Shown here: positions 1 through 7,970 of the stretch, piece after piece
Layout: every line of letters starts with the position of its first letter
Numbering within the stretch: the stretch's first letter is position 1
Source: a virus
Lineage: Duplodnaviria > Caudoviricetes
Virus record (IMG/VR): IMGVR_UViG_3300019874_000016
Span: 1-37,899 of that record
Direction: 5' to 3' (one strand)
DNA length: 37,899 bases
Made by a program: the position numbers and the translations under genes
The notes under the pieces: model-generated
Database searches by the model: none
Told to the model about the DNA's origin: nothing
Seen by the model: only the letters and a program-made list of their open reading frames with translations

Positions 1-9
1 CAACTTCTA
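1..9 (+). repeat. 9-nt terminal direct repeat CAACTTCTA (copy at 37891-37899), probable circular assembly overlap
   Basis: Identical first and last 9 nt; an ORF continues across the junction. Confidence 0.7.
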
Positions 10-553
10 CGGCCTGATCAAAAGACTTTTGCTCTTTCTTAGCTTCTTCTTTCTCTGGCTTGTCTAACTCTCCCTCAACATAAGATGGGCCTATGATATC
101 TGGGAACAACCTTCTGGCTAACCTTGATATAGCTCTAGCGAAGCACATATCTGAAGGATACTTGTCCCAGCTACCGCCAGCCTTATATACACCGGCTAGC
201 TTAGCATCAGCAATGCTAAATCCACATGTGCAGCTATCTCCTGTATCTCTTCGTGTCCCCTTAATAGTACATTGATTGTTGCTGTTCTCTATGATCTCTA
301 GTCTGTGTCCAGCCTTACGTATAAGGTTATTCATCATGTTAGCGCTGATTGTGATCTTACCTTGGATAGAGTGCATGCCACCAAAGATCGCTTGGGTTAG
401 AGGAATATTAAGGTCTCTAGCATAAAGCATGATCATGGCTAATCCAGACTCTCCGCCAAGTGCTTGGAAGTATTTAGATTCAACAGCACGCTTGGCCATT
501 GACTGTACGATGTTCATTTCGTCTGTAGTTGGTATTAGGCTATTTTGGCTCAT
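1..553 (-). CDS. RecT/ERF-like single-strand annealing recombinase, 5' part (continues across the circular junction into 37899..37646)
   Basis: Not in the ORF track. Manual translation from ATG 553 (SD GAAAGGAG): MSQNSLIPTTDEMNIVQSMAKRAVESKYF...GSWDKYPSDMCFARAISRLARRLFPDIIG. The W..YP..M..ARA..R..R..FPD motif is typical of phage RecT-like proteins, and YqaJ exonuclease lies downstream. Confidence 0.85.
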   Translation of the reverse strand, partial: MSQNSLIPTTDEMNIVQSMAKRAVESKYFQALGGESGLAMIMLYARDLNIPLTQAIFGGMHSIQGKITISANMMNNLIRKAGHRLEIIENSNNQCTIKGTRRDTGDSCTCGFSIADAKLAGVYKAGGSWDKYPSDMCFARAISRLARRLFPDIIGPSYVEGELDKPEKEEAKKEQKSFDQAVEV

Positions 554-592
554 CTTGTCTCCTTTCGGGTTTATTTTTTTTCTCTTTCCTAT

Positions 593-622
593 ATATTACC
601 TGTCTGTTACATTTTATAACAA
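593..622 (-). promoter_or_regulatory. Leftward sigma70-like promoter for the recT early operon
   Basis: TTGTTA-18 nt-TAATAT on the minus strand; shares TTGTT..AAAATG with the promoters at 2493-2522 and 18631-18659. Confidence 0.45.
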
Positions 623-631
623 GATGAAAAA

Positions 632-645
632 TAACACAGGTGTTA
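632..645. promoter_or_regulatory. Palindromic operator candidate TAACAC-AG-GTGTTA overlapping the RBS of the Cro-like gene
   Basis: Perfect 6-bp inverted repeat; related TAACAC..GTGT sites at 2497 and 18635. Confidence 0.45.
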
Positions 646-649
646 AAAA

Positions 650-889
650 ATGAACATTCGCCGTTACCTTTTTGAGCATAACATCACAGGGAAAGACTTC
701 GCGGAACAGATAGAAGTTGCAAGGACATACCTTTCGTCTCTTATGGCGGGACGTTTGAAGCCTTCAAAGAAGCTAATTAGAAGAATTATCAAGGAATCTT
801 CAGGTAAAATAACGGAAAGAGATATCCTACAATCTACACAGGTAGAGAAACAATTATCTCATCCTATCAAACTTAAGGGAAATAAATGA
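650..889 (+). CDS. Cro/XRE-family HTH transcriptional regulator
   Basis: MNIRRYL..HNITGKDFAEQIEVARTYLSSLMAGRLKPSKKL..RI...S.GKIT..D pattern; divergent from recT. Confidence 0.8.
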   Translation: MNIRRYLFEHNITGKDFAEQIEVARTYLSSLMAGRLKPSKKLIRRIIKESSGKITERDILQSTQVEKQLSHPIKLKGNK

Positions 890-1149
890 ATATCAAGCCA
901 ATGGGCAAACGTATCTTAGTTAAAAGATCACAGCCCGAGCAGAAATCGTCAGTCATTGTGCAACTAACAGCAAACATTAGGCTTAATGAGGGGACAATCG
1001 TTGCTGTCGGAGATGTGCCTAACATGTACATAAACGACAAGGTGATCTTTGCTCCTCATACAGGGCAACCTATCAAAACTGAAGATGACAAGAACGAGTA
1101 TTTGATCTTCAAAGATGATGAGATTTTAGCTGTGGTTTTGAGCACTTGA
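886..1149 (+). CDS. groES: Co-chaperonin GroES (Cpn10)
   Basis: IKPMGKRILVKR...GTIVAVG...DKVIF...YLIFKDDEILAV is the Cpn10 signature. Confidence 0.9.
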   Translation: MNIKPMGKRILVKRSQPEQKSSVIVQLTANIRLNEGTIVAVGDVPNMYINDKVIFAPHTGQPIKTEDDKNEYLIFKDDEILAVVLST

Positions 1150-1175
1150 CATAGTATTTTTTATTATAGTAAATT
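1146..1175 (+). promoter_or_regulatory. Rightward sigma70-like promoter
   Basis: TTGACA (1146-1151)-18 nt-TAAATT, directly upstream of a structured region. Confidence 0.5.
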
Positions 1176-1182
1176 CTTTTTT

Positions 1183-1262
1183 GTTCCTCATAGATATGCT
1201 AACGGGTTCCGGGCGATCCTAGAAATTCCATTTGCAGGTCTAGTAGCGCTATAATGAGGAAC
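1183..1262 (+). ncRNA. Putative structured RNA or leader (three-way junction)
   Basis: GTTCCTCAT/ATGAGGAAC closing stem, TGCTA/TAGCG inner stem, hairpins GGGTT/GATCC and CTAGA/TCTAG; GC-richer than its flanks. Confidence 0.4.
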
Positions 1263-1278
1263 GTTTTCAAAGGATTAT

Positions 1279-1380
1279 ATGAAAGCAAAGATGAAAGAAA
1301 AAGTACTAGAAAAGATTAAAGCTAAGATGCCAGCAAAGAAAGTTAAGATGATTAAGAAAAAGATGTCTAAGTCATGCTAA
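1279..1380 (+). CDS. 33-aa Lys-rich basic peptide
   Basis: MKAKMKEKVLEKIKAKMPAKKVKMIKKKMSKSC; SD AAGGA upstream; below the ORF-track cutoff. Confidence 0.55.
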   Translation: MKAKMKEKVLEKIKAKMPAKKVKMIKKKMSKSC

Positions 1381-1607
1381 TTCGGTGCGGATGGGATTTC
1401 ATCCGCATTTGTACATATTTCCTCCTCCATACAAGCCGCAGCCATACTGATGGCCATTAGGCTTGTGCATACAGTCAATAGGGTATTATGACAATATTCC
1501 TTATCTACAACAAACTCAATGATCTTATTCTGCAGCTCTGCGCAGCGCTGTACAAAATGATCAGCCGCTGCCTCAATCTCTTCTGAAGACATTACTTTTT
1601 CTTGCAC
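1377..1607 (-). CDS. Hypothetical protein
   Basis: Last ORF of a tightly packed leftward operon. Confidence 0.55.
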   Translation of the reverse strand: MQEKVMSSEEIEAAADHFVQRCAELQNKIIEFVVDKEYCHNTLLTVCTSLMAISMAAACMEEEICTNADEIPSAPN

Positions 1608-1807
1608 TTGATTTCTTTGGATATTTTCTTAATTTCTTTAGCTACCAGGAAGTTTGACTTAGACTCTAAGCTCAATTCTGCACAGTCTTTTAAATGCTCG
1701 TAGGCGTCTTCAAAGGTATTGATGTGTAGCTTTCCTGGTTTGCAACAAGGAGACTCAATTCTCCAATCTAGCAAAGCAGTCTTAATCTTTTTCCATAATC
1801 GCTTCAT
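1592..1807 (-). CDS. Hypothetical protein
   Basis: Coupled to neighbouring ORFs. Confidence 0.55.
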   Translation of the reverse strand: MKRLWKKIKTALLDWRIESPCCKPGKLHINTFEDAYEHLKDCAELSLESKSNFLVAKEIKKISKEIKCKKK

Positions 1808-1808
1808 G

Positions 1809-1949
1809 TTATTTCCAATTGTTTTTTTCTAGTGAATCAATTCGCATTTTTAATAATCTTAAATTTTCTTCTGCCCAATGTAATCTATAAGACATATGTA
1901 AAAAACATATGCCCACACCTGCAAAACTAATCATAAATAATATATTCAT
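1809..1949 (-). CDS. 46-aa membrane microprotein (TM plus short coiled coil)
   Basis: MNILFMISFAGVGICFLHMSYRLHWAEENLRLLKMRIDSLEKNNWK; ATGA overlap with the upstream ORF. Confidence 0.55.
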   Translation of the reverse strand: MNILFMISFAGVGICFLHMSYRLHWAEENLRLLKMRIDSLEKNNWK

Positions 1950-2098
1950 AATATATTCTTAATGTTTACCATCTCTACTTCTAAAGCTCTAGTTCTTTCT
2001 TTCATATCGGCAATCATAAAGAATATGAATGAAAGTGCCGTAGAGATCGATAAATATACAGTTACTTTTTCCCAATCTCTTGGTTTCTTACCTGCCAT
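1946..2098 (-). CDS. 50-aa membrane microprotein (TM plus coiled coil)
   Basis: MAGKKPRDWEKVTVYLSISTALSFIFFMIADMKERTRALEVEMVNIKNIL; ATG 2098 preferred over the TTG at 2134. Confidence 0.6.
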   Translation of the reverse strand: MAGKKPRDWEKVTVYLSISTALSFIFFMIADMKERTRALEVEMVNIKNIL

Positions 2099-2162
2099 GA
2101 ATAAGACCCCAGTAAAGGCCAGAAGCAGCCACAAATCCTACAATAATACCACCTATAAACAT
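2088..2162 (-). CDS. 24-aa hydrophobic peptide
   Basis: MFIGGIIVGFVAASGLYWGLIHGR with strong SD AGGAGG. Confidence 0.55.
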   Translation of the reverse strand: MFIGGIIVGFVAASGLYWGLIHGR

Positions 2163-2170
2163 AAATCCTC

Positions 2171-2305
2171 CTAAGGCCAATAAGCCCGTGCTTTCATAAA
2201 ATCTACCATATCATCTACATCAGAATCTTCTAAATCGATTTCTTTGTACTCTTCTTCTTCGATATCTGGTTCTTGGTTGTCATAACATGTTTGCCAACTA
2301 CTCAT
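2171..2305 (-). CDS. 44-aa highly acidic protein
   Basis: MSSWQTCYDNQEPDIEEEEYKEIDLEDSDVDDMVDFMKARAYWP; SD GGAGG; overlaps the upstream ORF. Confidence 0.6.
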   Translation of the reverse strand: MSSWQTCYDNQEPDIEEEEYKEIDLEDSDVDDMVDFMKARAYWP

Positions 2306-2408
2306 CTGAAGCCTCCGACTCTGCATATTCCCAAGCTTGCGCTACTTGTTGCCAATCATCACCAAACATATCTATCAATTCTTCTTTCCAATCTTGTAAT
2401 TCGTTCAT
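2298..2408 (-). CDS. 36-aa acidic protein
   Basis: MNELQDWKEELIDMFGDDWQQVAQAWEYAESEASDE; SD AAAGGA; first ORF after the leftward promoter. Confidence 0.6.
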   Translation of the reverse strand: MNELQDWKEELIDMFGDDWQQVAQAWEYAESEASDE

Positions 2409-2492
2409 AAATGTTCCTTTTTTTGTTTTTTATCTTGGCTTATCTGCGACTGTTAGGGCGAACCCTGCGAGGAGAACCGCTTCGATGTGTTA

Positions 2493-2522
2493 AATATAAC
2501 ACACGTGTGTCATTTTTAACAA
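2493..2522 (-). promoter_or_regulatory. Leftward promoter with extended -10 and ACACACGTGTGT palindrome
   Basis: TTGTTA-18 nt-TATATT with TG at the extended -10 position; near-copy at 18631-18659. Confidence 0.55.
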
Positions 2523-2599
2523 CCAATATCATGTGATAGTAAATTTTGTTGATAATTAAATATTGTATTTGTATTAATACAGCCAAAGAGGTCTTATAA

Positions 2600-3049
2600 A
2601 TGACACCTAGAAAAGCTAATCCAACTCCAATGAAGGGAAATAAGTTTGGAGTTAAGCTTAAAAACCCCGATATTAGGCAGCAAGCCTATGCTGAGTACTG
2701 CGAACATGTGGCTTCTGGACTTAGTACCGATTCATTCTATTTTGAACATGAACAATTAACATGTACTTACAAAACGTTATTATCTTATATAGAAAAGTAC
2801 CCAGATGAGTTTCCCGCCATACATATGGAAGTAGCGAAAATGAAGGGTTATCAAGGTTGGGAAAAGGTAGTCGCAGATTCCGCTAAAGGACAAAACGTAA
2901 AAGCAAATACAGCATCTCTTCAAATGATCATGAGAAACAAATTCGGGTGGGATAAAGAGAAGAAAGATGTAAACAAGCAGAATCTAGCGGCTCTTATTAA
3001 GGGCATTAAAGATGGGGAGATAGTACAGAAAGAGAGTGAATCATCATAA
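2600..3049 (+). CDS. terS: Terminase small subunit
   Basis: First late gene, directly upstream of TerL; MKGNKFG N-terminus and MRNKFGW C-terminal motif typical of TerS. Confidence 0.75.
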   Translation: MTPRKANPTPMKGNKFGVKLKNPDIRQQAYAEYCEHVASGLSTDSFYFEHEQLTCTYKTLLSYIEKYPDEFPAIHMEVAKMKGYQGWEKVVADSAKGQNVKANTASLQMIMRNKFGWDKEKKDVNKQNLAALIKGIKDGEIVQKESESS

Positions 3050-4533
3050 CATCTAAGGAATGGCGTCTTAACAATCTATATCGCATTGTCGATCGCAATG
3101 GTAATAGCATTCCCTTTAAGTTAAATGCTGTTCAATCTCAAGTCTGTGCATGCACTCATAAGCGTAAGTTAATACTTAAAGCTAGGCAATTAGGTATGTC
3201 TACATATGCTGTACTTGACATTCTAGATGATGCTCTCTTTAATGAGAATTTAGCTTGTGGAATTGTGAGTTATTCCCTTGAACATGCGCAGCATATTTTC
3301 AAACGTATTATCGGTCATGCACTGGACACTTTTCCGAGTGCTCTCAAGCCTTTGGTTGGCGTTGTCACCAGCTCAGCTAGAGAGATTGCGTTCGATAATG
3401 GATCTTATTTGCGAGTGGATACGTCATTAAGGGGAGGATCTTACCCTTGTATCCTTGTATCAGAGTTTGGTAAGACATGTGCTAGATCACCATTAAAAGC
3501 AGAAGAGGTTATCACAGGTACACTACAAGCCGTCCCTAAAGATGGCAAGGTAACGATTGAGAGTACAGGGGAGGGTAACGAAGGTTTCTTTGCTGACATG
3601 ACACATGCAGCATCTCAAAGAGGTAATGACAACCTTAATCTATTAGATTATCACCTACACTTCTTTCCTTGGTTTGATGAGCCTACCTATTCTATGGATA
3701 CACCAGTTGTGTATGACATAGATTTAGAAGATTACTTCAGTCGCGTGCAAAAAGAAACCAACTGTACCCTTAGCGCACAACAGAAATACTGGTACGCCCA
3801 GCAAAAGAGAATATTGGGAGATAAGCTTAAGCAAGAGTTCCCTTCTACAGTATCGGAAGCCTTCCTTTCTTCTTCAGATGCCTATTATTACGCTCAAGGT
3901 ATTGAGGCAGCATATCAGTCTAGCAGATGTATTAACTCCTCTATTTACGATGCTTTAGCGCCTGTATATGTGGCAATGGACATTGGAGTTAATGATTTAA
4001 CTGTGATGGTATTCTTTCAGGTAGTTCATGGCGAGATACGCATTATTGATTATTATGAAGATAAGAATAAGGGGGTAGACTTCTATGCTCGCTTCTTACT
4101 TCAAGATAAGAAATACATTCTAAACACAATCTTCCTTCCTCATGACTCAGGCCATAGAGATGGCATTATCGTTGAAAACACCTATGAAAGAGAGTTTCGT
4201 AAGTTATTCTCGCATACTTCTACTAAGTTCCTAGTGCTGAAACGTAGCGACCTTAATATGGGCATATCACATGCAAAGATTAAGCTAGATCGCTGTGTAT
4301 TTAGTATAGGTAAGGTAAAGGGTCTCTTAGATCACATGTCTAAATATAGGAAGAAATGGAGTGAATCTACTGGCAGATATTTAGATGAACCATATCATGA
4401 TGTCCACTCTAACTATGCAGATGCATTTAGGTATGCCATGCAAGCAGTAAATCATATAGAAACAATTAGTACTATGGCAGGATCATTAGATAAGCACAAA
4501 AAAGCCGTAGACAATAGGCGCACACTGATATAA
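3046..4533 (+). CDS. terL: Terminase large subunit (N-terminus extends upstream of ATG 3196; start non-canonical)
   Basis: The frame is open from 3040 and includes WRLNNLY and Walker A ILKARQLGMST, Walker B ILVSE, motif III IESTGEG, and nuclease motifs AMDIG and ADAFRY. Confidence 0.92.
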   Translation: MTSKEWRLNNLYRIVDRNGNSIPFKLNAVQSQVCACTHKRKLILKARQLGMSTYAVLDILDDALFNENLACGIVSYSLEHAQHIFKRIIGHALDTFPSALKPLVGVVTSSAREIAFDNGSYLRVDTSLRGGSYPCILVSEFGKTCARSPLKAEEVITGTLQAVPKDGKVTIESTGEGNEGFFADMTHAASQRGNDNLNLLDYHLHFFPWFDEPTYSMDTPVVYDIDLEDYFSRVQKETNCTLSAQQKYWYAQQKRILGDKLKQEFPSTVSEAFLSSSDAYYYAQGIEAAYQSSRCINSSIYDALAPVYVAMDIGVNDLTVMVFFQVVHGEIRIIDYYEDKNKGVDFYARFLLQDKKYILNTIFLPHDSGHRDGIIVENTYEREFRKLFSHTSTKFLVLKRSDLNMGISHAKIKLDRCVFSIGKVKGLLDHMSKYRKKWSESTGRYLDEPYHDVHSNYADAFRYAMQAVNHIETISTMAGSLDKHKKAVDNRRTLI

Positions 4534-4560
4534 TTAAAATAAGATTATTTAGGGTTTGTA

Positions 4561-6720
4561 ATGCTAAACGACAATGAGATACGAGGAGAATTTCAAGAAA
4601 ACTATCGTTATGCTCATGACTTTTGGAATCCCTTTATCACAGATGCGAACGTTTACACTTTAGCTGCGTCCGGGTATACGTGGTCTCAGGAAGAGAGAAA
4701 AGAGCTAATTAAAGCGGGGAGAGAGCCTCTTGAATTTAATATTATGCGTCGGCCTCTCCAATTTTATTCAGGTTACCTGCGTGATAACATTAATAGTGTC
4801 GTCTATGCTCCTGTGGAGGGAAGTGATCAAAAAACGGCGGATCAGTTCACAAAGCTAGGCTATTACATTTGGGATAAGGGTGGTGGATTCCCTACCTTTT
4901 TAGATGCATGTGATGAAGGTTTCAAGAGTGGTATTGCCCTCTGCGGATTGCAGATGGACTACTCAAGGGATTTTATTAATGGTGATATATCCTTCTATAA
5001 ACGCACATACAATTCATTCTACCTTGATCCAACGTTTGAGAAGCAAGATTTAACTGATTGCTCCTTTGGAATTACAAGAGATCTAATATCTCGAACTAAC
5101 GCAAAACAGTTATTACCTTTCATTGATCCTATAGTTATCGATGATCTACAATATAGCTTTAGAGATGATAAATTTCTGTCCTATCACCCTCAGTTCACTA
5201 ATTTTTCCAGCAATCGTAATATTATTGCCTACGATCAATATTATAAGAGAATTACTAAGAAGAGAACATTTCTAGTTGATACTGAAACTTCATTCTACAG
5301 AGACATTACAGATCTTCCAGATGATGAGAAAGATAGCCTTAGAATGGGGATTAAGCGATTTGATCGGATGAGAGATGAAGCCGATATTATGGGTATCGAT
5401 GAGAAAGAGATTCCTAAGGTAGAGATCCATACAGTAGATAGGCCGTTTGTAGAGCTTAACATCATGCTCAATGGTCATAGAGTATATGTAGGCCCAGATA
5501 AGACAGGCATCGATCACACCTATCCTTTTGTTCCTATCATCGCATATATGGAGCCCTCTATTTGGATGCCATCACAGCGTATACAGGGTATAGGAGCCAC
5601 ACAGTACTTCAACCAGCGACAGTTTAATAAGCGTCATATGAAGATCGTGGATATGATGGATTCTACTATATCCACAGGCTTTAAATATCTCATTGGCTCT
5701 GTGCCAGATCCACAAGACATGCAGCAATCGGGACAAAATAAGCTCATCGGTGTTGATCCTGAGAATGCGCCAGCTGGATTAGATTCAGTTCAGCAACTTA
5801 CAGGCGGAGGAGCTAACCCAGCCCTTATAGAATACCAGAAAGTATTAGATGACTTAAGCCTAACGCTAGCTAACATCAATGAGTCGGCTCTAGGCACAGA
5901 TGAGAAAGGTAATACACAAATATCAGGAAGATTAGCCGAAGTGCGCATTGCTCAAGGACTGAGAGGTAATCGTAAGATCTTTGACCAGGTAGAGACATCT
6001 CAGCAGCTACTAGGTGGCCTTGTTCTTAAGGCTATCCAACACAACATGCCTCCTGGAAAGATCGAGCGTATCATAGGAGAGAAGCCTACAGAGCAATTTT
6101 ACTCTAAAGAGTTTGAGCAGTATGATGCCGTCATTAAGGAAGGCGTTAGATCACAAAGCCAGAAAGATGCCTACTATTATGAGCTTATCAATCTCAAGAA
6201 AGAGGGTATTGTTGATGTACCTCAAGCTGAAATCGTTCGCGCTCTACAAATGGCCGGCCTTAGTGATCTTGAAGCAGCAATGCAAAAACAAGACGAGCAA
6301 ATCGCCGAGCAAGCTAAACAGCAGCAAGAAATGCAGCAAATGCAGATCGAATCTCTCAATGCTAAGAAAGAAGCTGACCTTGGCCTTGCACAAGAGCGTA
6401 AGGCAAGAGTTATTAGTGATCTTGCTCTTAAAGATGAAAGAGAATCAGAAGCTCAGCAAAACATTGCTCAAGCCGCTCTTGATCGTGCAAGAGCTATTGG
6501 TGAGATCGCTAAGCTCAAAGAAGATCGCATATTGCAGGTATTGCAGTTTGTAAATCAATTAGAGCAACAAGAAGCAGTTGGAAGAGAAGCCCAGAAGTCC
6601 CAAGTAGGAGAGCAAGCACATGCTATCAACTCAGAAACTGAAGGGTCATCAGAAGATAAGCAAATGACTGCTGCAAGTCAGCAGATCGAACAAAATCCAT
6701 TAAACCAGGGAGGTTTATAA
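4561..6720 (+). CDS. Portal protein, P22-like
   Basis: 719 aa after TerL; GREPLEFN, YPFVP and ISGR motifs, Gln-rich helical C-terminal barrel. Confidence 0.88.
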   Translation: MLNDNEIRGEFQENYRYAHDFWNPFITDANVYTLAASGYTWSQEERKELIKAGREPLEFNIMRRPLQFYSGYLRDNINSVVYAPVEGSDQKTADQFTKLGYYIWDKGGGFPTFLDACDEGFKSGIALCGLQMDYSRDFINGDISFYKRTYNSFYLDPTFEKQDLTDCSFGITRDLISRTNAKQLLPFIDPIVIDDLQYSFRDDKFLSYHPQFTNFSSNRNIIAYDQYYKRITKKRTFLVDTETSFYRDITDLPDDEKDSLRMGIKRFDRMRDEADIMGIDEKEIPKVEIHTVDRPFVELNIMLNGHRVYVGPDKTGIDHTYPFVPIIAYMEPSIWMPSQRIQGIGATQYFNQRQFNKRHMKIVDMMDSTISTGFKYLIGSVPDPQDMQQSGQNKLIGVDPENAPAGLDSVQQLTGGGANPALIEYQKVLDDLSLTLANINESALGTDEKGNTQISGRLAEVRIAQGLRGNRKIFDQVETSQQLLGGLVLKAIQHNMPPGKIERIIGEKPTEQFYSKEFEQYDAVIKEGVRSQSQKDAYYYELINLKKEGIVDVPQAEIVRALQMAGLSDLEAAMQKQDEQIAEQAKQQQEMQQMQIESLNAKKEADLGLAQERKARVISDLALKDERESEAQQNIAQAALDRARAIGEIAKLKEDRILQVLQFVNQLEQQEAVGREAQKSQVGEQAHAINSETEGSSEDKQMTAASQQIEQNPLNQGGL

Positions 6721-6929
6721 TGGCATCAGTAAAAGGAAAAGGTGGAGGCGGAGCCTTCATGAATAACGGTAAAGGTGTTTGTTCTTACAAAGACAATCCG
6801 ATGAAAGCAGCTAGAGAAACTTCGCCTATGTGCGGGCCTGGCATGAATGCTGACCAAAAGAAAGCGAATAAGCTTTTACAAAAAGCTCAGAAGCAAGTTG
6901 ATTCACTTCGCGGTATGAGTGGAATGTAA
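6720..6929 (+). CDS. Small basic hypothetical protein (head module)
   Basis: SD GGAGG; coupled to the portal gene. Confidence 0.7.
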   Translation: MASVKGKGGGGAFMNNGKGVCSYKDNPMKAARETSPMCGPGMNADQKKANKLLQKAQKQVDSLRGMSGM

Positions 6930-7306
6930 TGGCTTTGTTGCAAGACCCAATAAGTGGGCTAATGCTTCCGAGAGAGTTTGTTGATCAGAAGGTAGCTCTT
7001 AAGAAGGTTATCGATGATCTGGTTGAAGCAGCTGTAAACTGCAACACCCACCTCAGAGAGAACTACTTCTTAGTTTTGCATATGAAGTTTGATAGTATAG
7101 GTAATTTTAATGTTAGTGCTCCTGTAGCTAGTAGTAAGCTACCTCCATTTATGAGCAATCAAATGGTCTTTTGGGTTTCTAACTCAAGAGGGATTTGTGA
7201 GCTACTGTGGATGGTAGCAGCTAAGAAGCCAGGAGAAAAGTTAAAGGTAGAGTTTAATAAATCAGGTGTCGCCTACCTGCAAGCAAAGGGTGCAATGCCT
7301 ACGTAA
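6929..7306 (+). CDS. Hypothetical protein (head module)
   Basis: TAATG coupling. Confidence 0.7.
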   Translation: MALLQDPISGLMLPREFVDQKVALKKVIDDLVEAAVNCNTHLRENYFLVLHMKFDSIGNFNVSAPVASSKLPPFMSNQMVFWVSNSRGICELLWMVAAKKPGEKLKVEFNKSGVAYLQAKGAMPT

Positions 7307-7339
7307 GGGCTAATTTACGAATATAAAACGGGAGTTTTA

Positions 7340-7957
7340 ATGAAAGAGGATACCGTACCCCCTCATGAAGAGGAAGTAGAAGCTGTCGAGGCTGTAGAGC
7401 CAGAGATAAATGAAGCAGCAGAAGAAGAAGTACAACAGGATTTAACAACTGTACCACTACATGCTTTACAAAAAGAACGTAGAAAGAGGCAGGAAATTGA
7501 GGCTGAAAATCGTTGGTTAAAGGAACAGCAGCAGCGTAAGGCTGATACAGTTCCTGAACCTGATGAGAGTAAATATGAATCTGCTACCAAAGAAGATCTC
7601 GGAAAGACAGAAGAACAAATCCTCCGAAAGGTAGAAGAGCGTCACTGGATTAAGAATAATCCAGAGAAGTTTGAAAAGATTAATGATTTATTACCAGAGT
7701 TTTTAAAACGTAGACCCAACCTAGCAGCAGCTATCGAGGGTGCTCCAAATAGATATGAAGAGGCATGGGAACTAATGGACAAATTGTCGCCTAAAGAACA
7801 GCAAAAGCTTAAGACTATACCTAAAAGAGATGCTCCCGGTGCTCCCGGAAGTGTGCCTAAGGGGGCAGTATTAAACCAATCTGTAGACGTTATGGCCATG
7901 AACGATGCCGAATTTAGTGCTTGGAGACAGTCGAAAAAGCGTAGGGTAGGGTTGTAA
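7340..7957 (+). CDS. Capsid scaffolding protein
   Basis: Acidic N-terminus, VPLHALQKERRKRQ coiled coil, directly before the capsid gene. Confidence 0.75.
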   Translation: MKEDTVPPHEEEVEAVEAVEPEINEAAEEEVQQDLTTVPLHALQKERRKRQEIEAENRWLKEQQQRKADTVPEPDESKYESATKEDLGKTEEQILRKVEERHWIKNNPEKFEKINDLLPEFLKRRPNLAAAIEGAPNRYEEAWELMDKLSPKEQQKLKTIPKRDAPGAPGSVPKGAVLNQSVDVMAMNDAEFSAWRQSKKRRVGL

Positions 7958-7970
7958 AAGGAGACATTAA

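Noticed and set aside
93-653. Plus-strand ORFs 93-275 and 429-653
   Set aside because: They lie antisense to the recT-like gene, which has clear motifs and a strong SD.
2440-2490. HDV-like / theta ribozyme
   Set aside because: Only a 4-bp P1 can form and the G residues needed for P1.1 are missing; kept only as a structured leader.
6113-6553. 146-aa alternative-frame ORF inside the portal gene
   Set aside because: No RBS or motif; explained by the Gln/Glu/Ala codon bias of the portal C-terminus.
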